64,000 nucleotides of DNA. It comes from Hemiscyllium ocellatum (lineage: Eukaryota). The notes below the pieces were generated by a model. It was not told where the DNA came from, did not search any database, and saw nothing but the letters and a program-made list of their open reading frames with translations. The first letter of the stretch is position 1. Each line of letters starts with the position of its first letter. Positions 1 through 10,729 of this stretch are shown in pieces. Where the stretch lies: contig NW_026867487.1 in the NCBI RefSeq assembly GCF_020745735.1, forward strand, positions 5,039,239 to 5,103,238. The letters are read 5' to 3'. The position numbers and the translations under genes were made by a program.

Positions 1-113
1 TGTTGAGCTGTTCAATGTTTGTGAGAAGATTTGTAGCTCGGGTGCTGGTTGTTGTGGTTCTGTTCGCCGAGCTGGGAGTTTTTGTTGCAAACGTTTCGTC
101 CCCTTTCTAGGTG
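1..113 (-). mobile_element. Truncated Penelope-like pLTR fragment at the window edge
   Basis: Minus strand reads ...ggggacGAAACGTTtgc, the 3' half of a hammerhead-like motif of the kind found in PLE terminal repeats. The sequence changes abruptly at ~113. Confidence 0.45.
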
Positions 114-114
114 T

Positions 115-1075
115 TCTTTTTTGCCATTTGAAGCATTCAGTAGAGCGGTGTAAGGACACATTAACATTCTTTTCAGCTGCTTTTGGAACTTGTTCTGGGT
201 TGCCACATAGATGAAGACATTATTGCAGGAGCTGATTATCTGGAGCTTGTCGACTGTTTCTTGAAGAATGTTCTGCGGGTCTTTGAATTTCAAGCTGCCG
301 GCGTAATGCTCATTAGTAATCAATCGGTAGAGGAAGCGACCCATACAGTTGGCCAACAGGGAGAGGAAGCTGAGAGAGATGGCGAAGAGCAGGACGATGG
401 ATCTCTTGCGGGTCACCATCTTTACCATTCTCACTGCCCCTGAGTCTCCTGCGTGCTCTGCCAGCTAATATGACGTGTCTGCCCGTCAGGGCATTGAGCA
501 GAAGAATGAGGAGGAATGGGAGTAAGGGAGTTAAGAATCGTTCGAGCCAGTGTAAGACCCGCCAGGCAGGCAAAATGTGGAACTTACGTGTGATATGACA
601 GAAGCATGGCACCTCGTCGAGGATGTGCATAGACTGGGTGTAAATAAAGTAGAAAGGGACGTTCTTGAAATAGCTCAGGGAAAAGGTCACTGCTAAGGCC
701 AGCGATTCAATTTTCTGAGTACAATATCTGGCCTTCAAGCTCTGGAGAGAAATGTTCACAAACCTTCACAATTGTGAAGGCCGCTGTCCGACAGGAAGAG
801 CATTCCCAGGTTGCGTACACCAGCACAGTATTGAGACTGTAGCCAGGGGTAGCGAAAAGGATACTATAGCCTTAATAAATACAGTCATTCCTATTAAGTA
901 TCGCATTTGCCATGATGACAAGCAAATTGCTCAACACTATGGCCACCAGATAGTAAGAAAAGCACAGAACGCATCTGCACCAGTCTCGGGAGGTAGTCAT
1001 AATTGCCGCCAGTTTGGCTGTGAAGGTACCAAGAGAGGAGTATATAGCCAAGTGAACTGAGACTATACCGATGCC
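115..1075 (-). pseudogene. Intronless rhodopsin-class GPCR pseudogene, GPR139/GPR142-like (shark expansion type)
   Basis: Stitched minus frames give TM2 YYLVAIVLSNLLVIMANAILNR, TM3 YSLNTVLVYA, TM4 KNVPFYFIY, TM5 LTPLLPFLLILLLNALT..RARRRLRG, TM6 KRSIVLLFAISLSFL and TM7/H8 LQIISSCNNVFIYVATQNKFQKQLK. There is a premature TAA at 872-874 and frameshifts near ~757 and ~400. Confidence 0.85.
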
Positions 1076-2240
1076 TTGCTATCCAACCCAAGCACATTTT
1101 GCCACTTGCTCCTTCAGCCGTTATTCATACAAAGTCTCATGCGCTCAGGAACTCTATACTTACTGAGCAACATTGGCTTTCAATCCAGCAACGTCAGGGC
1201 TATAATAATCTCATGCATCATCATTTTAAAGTATTGGTACAGTCTTCCCACTATCTACAGCCATCTGAGATGACTGTTCCTATAATTCTGGCCTGACACC
1301 AATCCTTATTTCGGTAGCAGCTGTGCACGTAAATGTCTTCATCTCCCTTATTTACTCCCTCAACTACTGTCGCCCTCCATTTTATTTCAGGACATGATTT
1401 AGAATATCTCTTCGATCAAGGATCTGGGTGTCAACATTAATATCACCTTCCGTTCTTTATAGCCAACTTTACTTGTGATACATGATAAGCAGCAACCACA
1501 CCAAACATAATGCGAGAGCTGAAGATAGAAGCAAACTCTATTCTGAAGTTTAAATTAACGATGATCTCCTTGCCATCACTAGCGACAGCCCACTAATGAA
1601 GGAAAAGCGTAATTATCCAAAGTAAAAGCAAAACTTACAACTACTATCAAGACAAACCGAAAGTATAATCCATAACAATTATTGTATTTCGGCACACGTT
1701 TCAAAAGTCTCCATAATTAATTTCGATGACCACATTGACATGTTAAACATGTATGAAATATTCTGCTGACATTATTCTTAACAAGAAATATTAAATACGC
1801 TAGATGGGTTTTATTTTTGTTACATTGTGATGCTATGTAGTTAAAAATCTAATTAATCAAAGTTCATTCGTGGCTATTCATATTTCAGAAATCTAAATCT
1901 ACTTCCTTTAACACATTTGGATGGAATCCATTTGGGTCTCCGTGAATTGACCACACTTTAATTCCATTAATTTCTTCATTTTCGATGTTTTGTTTACCTT
2001 AATTTTATTCAGTATCTATTCCAGATCCACTAATTATTTTCTCATGGCGTCTAACAAGTAATCCTCCTTTCTACTGCAAACACTGAGACAAAATAACTAC
2101 TGAACATGTCTGGCATTTGCATATAGGCAATGAAAATATCCTCGAGTAAAAAATGAGGTCTGCAGATGCTGGAGATCACAGCTGAAAATGTGTTGCTGGT
2201 TAAAGCACAGCAGGTCAGGCAGCATCTCAGGAATAGGGAG

Positions 2241-2275
2241 TTCGACGTTTCGAGCATAAGCCCTTCATCAGGAAT
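2241..2275 (-). ncRNA. Minimal type-I hammerhead ribozyme motif in PLE pLTR (left arm)
   Basis: Reverse complement reads attc-CTGATGA-a-gggc-ttat-gctc-GAAA-cgtc-gaa. Confidence 0.75.
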
Positions 2276-4403
2276 GAGAGAGAGTAGCCAAGCAGGCTAA
2301 GATAAAAGGTAGGGAGGAGGGACTTGGGGGAGGGGCGATGGAGGTGGGATAGGTGGAAGGAGGTCAAGGTGAGGGTGATAGGCCGGAGTGGGGTGGGGGC
2401 GGAGAGGTCAGTAAGGAGATTGCAGGTTAGGAGGGCGGTGCTGAGTTGAGGGAACCGACTGAGACAAGGTGGGGGGAGGGGAAATGAGGAAACTGGAGAA
2501 ATCTCAATTCATACCTTGTGGTTGGAGGGTTCCCAGGCGGAATATGAGGCGCTCCTCCTCCAGCCGTCATGTTGTTATGTTCTGCCGATGGAGGAGTCCA
2601 AGGACCTGCATGTCCTCGGTGGAGTGGGAGGGAGAGTTAAAGTGTTGAGCCACGGGATGGTTGGGTTGGTTGGTCCAGGCGGCCCAGAGGTGTTCTCTGA
2701 AGTGTTCCGCAAGTAAGCGGCCTGTCTCCCCAATATAGAGGAGGCCACATCGGGTGCAGCGGATGCAATAGATGATGTGTGTGGAGGTACAGGTGAACTT
2801 GTGGCGGATATGGAAGGATCCCTTGAGGCCTTGGAGGGAAGTGAGTGTGGAGGTGTGGGCGCAAGTTTTACATTTCCTGCGGTTGCAGGGGAAGGTGCTG
2901 GGGGTGGAGGTTGGGTTGGTGGGGGGTGTGGATCTGACGAGGGAGTCACGAAGGGAGTGGTCCTTGCGGAACGATGATAGGGGAGGGGAGGGAAATATAT
3001 CCTTGGTGGTGTGGTCCGTTTGGAGGTGGCGGAAATGACGGCGGATGATACGTTGTATGCGGAGGTTGGTGGGGTGGTAGGTGAGAACCAGTGGGGTTCT
3101 GTCTTGGTGGCGGTTGGAGGAGCGGGGCTCAAGGGCGGAGGAGCGGGAAGTGGAGGAGATGCGGTGGAGGGCATCGTCGATCACGTCTGGGGGGAATCTG
3201 CGGTCCTTGAAGAAGGAGGCCATCTGGGCTGTGCGGTGTTGGAACTAGTCCTCCTGGGAGCAGATGCGGCGGAGACGAAGGAATTGGGAATATGGGATGG
3301 AGTTTTTGCAGGGGGCAGGGTGGGAGGAGGTGTAGTCCAGGTAGGTGTGGGAGTCAGTCGGTTTATAGTAGATGTCTGTGTTGAGTCGGTCGCCCGAGAT
3401 AGAGATGGAAAGGTCTAGGAAGGGGCGGGATGAGTCTGAGACAGTCCAGGTGAATTTGAGGTCGGGATGGAAGGTGTTAGTAAAGTTGATGAACTGTTCA
3501 ACCTCCTCGTGGGAGCACGAGGCAGTGCCGATACAGTCATCGATGTAGCGGAGGAAAAGGTGGGGGGTGGTGCCAATGTAGTTGCGGAAGATGGACTGTT
3601 CCACATATCCTACGAAGAGACAGGCATAGCTGGGGCCCATGCGGGTGCCCATGGCAACCCCTTTAGTTTGGAGGAAGTGGGAGGATTGAAAAGAGAAGTT
3701 ATTCAGGGTGAGGGCCAGTTGAGTCAGTCGAAGGAGGGTGTCAGTGGAAGGGTACTGGTTGGTACGGCGGGGAAGGAAGAAGCAGAGGGCTTTGAGTCCT
3801 TCGTGATGGGGGATGGAGGTGTACAGGGACTGGATGTCCATAGTGAAAATAAGGCGTTGGGGACCGGGGAAGCGAAAATCCTGGAGGAGGTGTAGGGCGT
3901 GGGTGGTGTCCCGAACGTAGGTGGGGAGTTCTTGGACTAAAGGGGACCTCTATATTGGGGAGACAGGCCGCTTACTTGTGGAACGCTTCAGAGAACACCT
4001 CTGGGCCGCCCGGACCAACCACCCCGTGGCTCAACACTTTAACTCTCCCTCCCACTCCACCGAGGACATGCAGGTCCTTGGACTCCTCCACCGGCAGAAC
4101 GTAACAACACGACGGCTGGAGGAGGAGCGCCTCATATTCCGCCTGGGAACCCTCCAACCACAAGGTATGAATTGAGATTTCTCCAGTTTCCTCATTTCCC
4201 CTCCCCCCACCTTGTCTCAGTCGGTTCCCTCAACTCAGCACCGCCCTCCTAACCTGCAATCTCCTTACTGACCTCTCCGCCCCCACCCCACTCCGGCCTA
4301 TCACCCTCACCTTGACCTCCTTCCACCTATCCCACCTCCATCGCCCCTCCCCCAAGTCCCTCCTCCCTATCTTTTATCTTAGCCTGCTTGGCTACTCTCT
4401 CTC

Positions 4404-4438
4404 ATTCCTGATGAAGGGCTTATGCTCGAAACGTCGAA
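4404..4438 (+). ncRNA. Minimal type-I hammerhead ribozyme motif in PLE pLTR (right arm)
   Basis: CTGATGA at 4408-4414, stem II gggc/gctc, GAAA at 4428-4431, palindromic ACGT stem III, predicted cleavage after C4435 (GUC). Confidence 0.75.
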
Positions 4439-5588
4439 CTCCCTATTCCTGAGATGCTGCCTGACCTGCTGTGCTTTAACCAGCAACACATTTTCAGCAA
4501 TGAAAATATCCTCAATTGCAGTTTTATTGGGCTAACATTGCCTGGCCACTTCTTTCTCTTTATGGAAATATAACATTGCACTCTTCAGTTCAAATGATTG
4601 CTGTGTAATTGTCTACCTGGCTATCGTCCATTTTCTTATCTTAATCGCCAAAACATAATCAAGGAAAGAAGCATTTGTAGAATGACTCGGAATATTGCAT
4701 AGTCTGTGGAGGATGGTGGAGGGGGTAAAGGGTGACTGTTTGCGTAAAGGTTTTGTGATTGGACTTGTATCAAGAGGACCAGGCTAATATTCTGGGGACA
4801 ATAGCTGTTGAAATGGAAATTGAATTCCTAAATAATCTTATATTAGCTAGACGCCCTATAACGGTGGTTGTGAAATTGTCATCGATTGCTCAAAAAAACA
4901 AATTTATTCTTTGTAATCTGACAGGAATGGAAATCTGCCATTCCGAATTGATCTCAGCTTGGTTTATCTACAGACCGGGAACCCTTTGAAATGACTGACC
5001 AATCACTCAATGAGCTATTACTGGTGTTTTCAGTCATGCCCAATTTCCATGAGCGAATAGAAGAAAACGTAGATCATGACCCACACATTGCATCATTAGT
5101 TTATTCTTCTGAGTCCTGCCCGTCCAGCAACATTTTAAGTGCAACTTTTATTCTTGTCTTTCAGCTGAAGAACATATGATTGTAATAGCTGAGAGGCAAC
5201 GGTTCATGGGCTCCCTTATGCGAGTATTCATTTCAAATGAGATTCTGATGCAAGTTTTTTTCTTAAAAGAAAAATGTTCCACACGTCAGGAAAAGGTGAA
5301 CAGAGTTGCAGCATGATCTCAAGTCAGCGACAAATACCAAGGCTGCAATGAAAGTGGGCCGAGGGCTTGAAAGAAGTTACTGAGAAAGATAAAGAGTGTG
5401 GGAAGGTGATTTTGTGCAGCAGCCCTTGATGGGAATGCAACTGTCATCAGAGCAGCCAATCTCGTCCATGAAAACTCCTTTCAGTTTCTTCCTAAGTGAT
5501 GCCTGACCCAAATCTGACGTAGAATTTAATATTGGACAGATAGCATAAGTAAAACCTTCTGCTTTATTTTATGTTGAGCACTAACTCT

Positions 5589-6271
5589 ATGTGCTCCCCA
5601 TGTTACTTCTTGATAGTAACGGTCTTCCTATCCAGTGAAAGAAGTTAGTTGAAAAGTAATCATCCAGGAATTATATATACTGTACTCTTGGGGTTTGAAT
5701 CATGCTGCTTTTGTGTTACAGGATCGAATGGCGTGGATTCTGTGTGTCAGGATTCACCCGAATTGATGCTTCTATAAGGACCAGGCATGGTAAAGTGTCA
5801 GTACTCAACAGCTGTACTTTCTCCAACTCTGTTCCGGTTCTCATAGGGAAACTCCAGGGTATTTGTTGAAGATTGTACTCTTTGCTACTTTCTTCGCAGC
5901 CCTACCACCCTCCCCCCACCCTTCCCTCACCCCCCCCCCCAACACCCATTTATCTCTCCATGCTGGAGGCTCCCTGCCTCCATTCCTGATGAAGGGCATT
6001 GCCAGAAACGCCGATTTTCCTGCTCCTGGGCTGCTGCCTGACCGGCTGTGCTTTTCCCGCACCACTCTAATCTAAACTCTGGTTTCCAGCATCTGCAGTC
6101 CTCACTTTCACCTATTTGTTGAAGATGTATGGCACGGGAGTTGAAGGTACATCTCCAGATAAGCCACAAAGGCTCTGTGCTAATTTATGGAAAACAAAAA
6201 CAAAATGGCTATTTCAAAATGGGCGGGACAGTTCTGCCTGACAATGCCATGCATTTACGTGCAAGGGATCC
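5589..6271 (+). pseudogene. TCR V pseudogene (Va), interrupted by a PLE fragment
   Basis: Leader 5589-5634 MCSPCYFLIVTVFLS with phase-1 GT. V exon from 5722 (SNGVDSVCQDSPELMLL*GPGMVKCQYST..LF[R]F) with stops and frameshifts. 3' part PDNAMHL[R]ARD. Heptamer CACACTG at 6272-6278 with a decayed nonamer. Confidence 0.8.
5874..6112 (+). mobile_element. Solo PLE pLTR fragment inserted in the Va exon, 14-bp TSD
   Basis: TSD tatttgttgaagat at 5860-5873 and 6113-6126. Degenerate hammerhead motif CTGATGA..GAAACGCC at ~5982-6015. Confidence 0.8.
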
Positions 6272-7382
6272 CACACTGACGCATAGATACAATGAACTCT
6301 GAAATTTCCATTTAGTGTCGAATGGAGGGGCCTCTCTCACAGATAAACAAATACAAAATTTTGTCCTCCATGGTTTGAGTCACAAGAACTTCCCGAAAAC
6401 AAAACTTCAACAAAATACGACACTCGACTTGGAAAGGCGGTATAATATCACAATTTTTATTTCAAATCGTGTTTCCACTATAGACAACTTCGCAGATTTG
6501 TTTGATCCCTTCAATTGACTTTTTTTTGCCTCTTCAGGCAGTTTTCATGCCTGGCTGTAATGTTGCAGAACCTTTCCACATTTCCCTTCAACATCTATTT
6601 TGAATGTTGGCAGGAACGAGCCTGGACGGTAATTCCCAGCTCCCACGAACAATGTCTGCATCCAGGCCGAGTGAACAGTTTCCAGCGGCTTCACTCTCCT
6701 GGGGATGTCGACTCCTTTTTTGGGTGTCATGTCTCCAACTGCTGTCCATTCATCGAGGGGTGCCACTGATTTGAAGTGCCAAAAACATCACCTTGAGTCT
6801 CTCCGGTGGGAAGTAAACCAAAACTGTACACAGCAACAAATTCAGTCTAATCAGTTGCTGTCAATGAATAAACCGAGGCTCCTCATGTACATTCAACGCA
6901 TCTATTTGTTTGAGATAAATATTTCTAATCAGTTCGTGACCAGACTGTCAGGTCTACTGGCGATCAGACGTCTACATTTAACTGTCTATTTCTCTGTTCA
7001 GCAGAATGAGGTGAACGTCAGAAGCACAGACTTGTGGGAAGGGAAATGAAGTCAGATTAATCATATATAGCACTTGCAGGTGCTAGCTGTGAGAGAAGTG
7101 ACATCAGACCAGTCTCAGTCAATGCTTTTTTTTTTTTTCTTATTCGATATTGTGCAGATTTTTGAGACGCAAAACAAGACCAGGAATCATCGCAGTAACA
7201 ATGCTTTTATTACTGCATTGGCATTCATTGTCAGCAAGTTGACCAAAACTCTAAGAAAGGGTTTAATTTCTGCATTTTTAAATGCGAAATAAAACAGCAT
7301 CCTTTTCAACAAGCATTGGACTCTGGTTACAGCACACTTGAGTTGTTGTGAACCGATTTTATTTTAATCATGTCGTAATCAT

Positions 7383-7699
7383 GGGCGGCACGGTGATTAG
7401 CACTGCTGCCTCACAGCGCCAGAGACCCGGGTTCAATTCCCGCCTCAGGCGACTGACTGTATGGAGTTTGCACATTCTTCCCGTGTCTGCGTGGGTTTCC
7501 TCCGGGTGTTCCGGTTTCCTCCCACAGTCCAAAAATGCGCAGGTTAGGTGAATTGGCCATGCCAAATTGCCCGTAGCGGTAGGTGGAGGGGTGAAATGTA
7601 GGGGGATGGGTCTTGGTGGGTTGCGCTTCGGCGGGTCGGTGTAGACTTGTTGGGCCGGAGGGCCGGTTTCCACACTGTAAGTAATCTAATCTAATCTAA
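7383..7699 (+). mobile_element. HE1-type tRNA-derived elasmobranch SINE
   Basis: gggcggcacggtg..ttagcactgctgcctcacagcgccagagacccgggttcaattccc head (A/B boxes) and (aatct)n tail. Confidence 0.85.
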
Positions 7700-7847
7700 A
7701 AACACACAAAAAACTGTGATGATCCCAGTATTAAGGGATTATGCATTTTGAAACACCTTATAAAAGCAGATTTTTTTCCCCTCAAGTAAAGATGAAATTG
7801 ATAGAGATGTTTTACACTGACTTAGGTTTCTTGGCGGGATAATCATA

Positions 7848-7978
7848 AATGAAGAGAAAGTGAGGCCTGCAGTTGCTGGAGATCAGATTCGAGAGTGTGG
7901 TGCTGGAAAAGCACAGCAGGTCGTGCAGCATCCGATGAGCACGAGAATCGACCTTTCGGGCATGAGATTCCTGATGAA
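7848..7978 (-). mobile_element. Miniature PLE pLTR insertion with an inverted junction inside the hammerhead, 12-bp TSD
   Basis: TSD gggataatcata at 7836-7847 and 7979-7990. The minus-strand pLTR tail stops in hammerhead stem II and is followed by plus-strand attcCTGATGAa. Confidence 0.75.
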
Positions 7979-9714
7979 GGGATAATCATAGAGACAATGT
8001 TTTGGGCTAGGGAGGATTCCAAAATCAATGTGTCTTCATTGCAAGAGTCAGAAACAAAATTGATTCCAAAATTTAAGAGAAGCCTAATTCTTCTTCGGAA
8101 TATGGACTCTCCGGCTCAAGAGCGGCTGAACCAACTGCACAAATTCATAAAGGAGAAGTCAGGTAAATAGATGAAGAACAGATGGAAATAGAGGCACGAG
8201 CATTGAAACAGAAGAAGCGGAAAGCCCCAAATTTCTTCTGTGATGTGACAACATGGATATAGACCAACAGTCGTATTCGTGTACAAATTTCTGTTCAATT
8301 TCATGTCACAACGAACACCATTTTTTGTACACTCATCTCGATCCAAGTTAAATTTATTCAACGAATTCCTCTTTCTTTAGCCTTGTATTCCCGATCTGGG
8401 CGCTGGAATTTCTGTGTCTCGGCGGGACAGATGGAGGTGCAAGATGCCAGTTAAAACTGTACCTAAACTAACGAAGGGTATTGCATGAGTCCCGTCAGTA
8501 ATCATTTAGTCAAACGAGTTTGCAGTCCGGAGGGACAAGAGTGGCGGTGCTAAATCTGATTTCCCTCAGAACTAGTTTTCCTATATAGTCCCGCTGTCAG
8601 ACAAGTTGCACTGACTGACAACATCAGGGCCGCTGCTGCCTTACATCATGTTCTATGATTCTAAAATGAGCCTCTCAGCGATCGGAGCATGTGAAAGCCT
8701 GATACAATCGCCGCCGCCGGTTTCTGGGCCGCAGCTGCTGCCTGTTGCAGACTGGACACAGCAACAGATCACAAACGGAAACTTCAGGATTTACTTGCGA
8801 GGGAGACCACAGACCATAATCCATGGAAGCATCATTATATAAACGCCCACATCCATTGATGATTCTGACATTGACTATGTGTTGGAGGAAATGGCTGCTA
8901 TTGATTTGTGAATTTCTGATAACTTGCCACTCCGATGAAGAAGGCAACACTTGAAGTGGCTTGAAACGAAATATATCCCAGTCCAAACGTCTCAGAAATA
9001 TTTCATTCAAAGGAACAAATAGTAGTGATATGAAATATCAATTTACAGTGGGCACTGAAGCCTGTCCAGTGAAAGTTGAAACAATTGTAGGAATCTTGAT
9101 TACAGAGCTCTCAATGTTAAAGACATTTACATATAATCGATCAAACATCTATAATACTAGCAGGCGCACGACGTTGTTATCAAGACAGGAAGCTAATGAA
9201 CAAGCATTAGTTCAACAATAATCTATAGCAAAGGACCTGCAGGTTCGTGGAATAGCTGATTGATGATCAAAAGCCAGACTAAGGACAAAAGCCAAATTGA
9301 AATATGTCAGGAAGAATGGTGGGATTGCTTTTTGGATATTGGACACGTCACATAACGTTAATCTGCCACGTTTCTGTTGTAATTTTATCTTGTGTCGTAC
9401 GTAGTTCTGAAGCTGATGTTTCATGTTTTCTGGTGTGTACCTCCTTCACTTGGCTGGAGCACAATGCCAGATACTTCTATTGCAATCACCGATTTGCACA
9501 ATGACATAAATTCTCCAAGCGCATGTTTGCATTTTAGTCAAATGTATTCAACATAAAGTGAGGACAGAGATCCTTCTCGGAAGCTGCACCCATTGACCTC
9601 AGTGTGTTAATTATTTTGTTATATTTGAACTTGGCTCATTCTGGTATAAAGGTAGGAAGTAAATGTTACTCTCGACTCGACTACCACATCTTGCACTTTG
9701 TTCCATTGGGGCGC

Positions 9715-9753
9715 TGTTATTGTACGAGGCTCAGCCTGGTTCCTGTCACTGTG
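9715..9753 (-). other. 23-RSS of Vb1
   Basis: CACAGTG (9753-9747), 23-bp spacer, ACAATAACA. Confidence 0.9.
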
Positions 9754-10267
9754 TCTCTCAGTCCGCAGTAATATACTGCGCTGTCAGACAGCTGCAGTTC
9801 ATAGATGGTGAAATTCCCCTCATTTTTTGACTTGTCCAAAGATGCAGAAAATCGATCGGACACCCCCTCTCCTCTCCTGATACTGCCATAGTTGTGAACG
9901 TAGATTAAGAATATTGGAGATTTCCCTGGATCCTGGCGGTACAGTTGCAACGTATACGTGTCATCTGTGGTCGAATATCTGAAATGAATGGTGACTGAAT
10001 CTCTTTCAAATTGTGTCACTGTAACCGGCTTCTGTGAGATCGAATCGGCACAATTAACACCTTTGCAAATATAGAAAAAAAGTGACATTAAAATGATGAT
10101 GATGACGAATGTGACAAGTCAACGCATACACTGTAATAGAGGGAAATACAGACAAATCGAAAATTGCAATAAACATTTTACCTAGAAGAGAATATTTTAC
10201 AACTCAGAAACTTACCTGTTAAGAGTGTTGCAGTAGTGAGAAACGAGTAAATGGTAATAGTCGACAT
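9754..10267 (-). CDS. TCR alpha/delta-type V segment Vb1, non-canonical (Cys23->Phe, Trp41->Leu)
   Basis: Leader exon 10267-10216 MSTITIYSFLTTATLLT(G) with GT donor. V exon 10060-9754 is open and ends YYCGLRD. Confidence 0.9.
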
Positions 10268-10394
10268 GTTTGCAGAGCAGATGGTGGGCTAGAACAAAGA
10301 AAGTTGAAGCTGATTCTTTTGAGCTGGCAGTCAATGGGTGTCATATCCGGTCTCGCTGCCGAATTGTTCCCTTCTGTCAGAGTCATCATATATC

Positions 10395-10440
10395 ACCCAA
10401 TCGGCTAACACCCGCTTTGTTCTCCAGTCCATGACGTCAA
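10395..10440 (-). promoter_or_regulatory. Vb1 promoter: CRE palindrome and CCAAT box
   Basis: TGACGTCA at 10432-10439 and ccaat at ~10397-10401, 130-170 bp upstream of the ATG. The CRE is also present at 55337-55344 (Vb3). Confidence 0.6.
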
Positions 10441-10729
10441 CGTGTTGACCGCATGAACTCCACTGGGAAATACGTGAGGCGTTTGCTCCCTCCAACCTGC
10501 TCCACGAGTGGATAATATGGTGGTTGATCCGTATCATTTCCAAATTCTGGCAGACAACTCAAATCATACCTGTCCTTTTTGATTCATCAATCTATCAATA
10601 TCGGCCCAAAATCAACTCCACGCCAGGGCAAGAAATACTTGCTGATCTCTGTAAAAAACTGATGGGAGCACTAACTTCAACTCTCCTCTTCAACAATGTC
10701 AGTCATGTTCACTGCAAGTTAATATTTCA

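Larger units (their letters stand above)
2144..4496 (-). mobile_element. Penelope-like retroelement (RT + GIY-YIG), 5'-truncated, with an inverted copy of its 3' end and a 17-bp TSD
   Basis: RT at 3245-3946 (MDIQSLYTSI, GVAMGTRMGPSYA, FLRYIDD). GIY-YIG at 2567-3223 (IIYCIRC..LYIGETGR). Nonsense TAG at 3245-3247 where the second copy has Gln. Bases 3947-4496 are the reverse complement of ~2180-2740. TSD gcaatgaaaatatcctc at 2127-2143 and 4497-4513. Confidence 0.92.

Noticed and set aside
2575-3895. Long Pro/Gly-rich alternative-frame and antisense ORFs over the PLEs (also 40229-42559)
   Set aside because: Shadow frames of GC-rich retroelement coding sequence.
6515-6790. Short ORFs on both strands as a possible further V or zinc-finger relic
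   Set aside because: No consistent C..W..YxC pattern, splice sites or RSS could be assembled.
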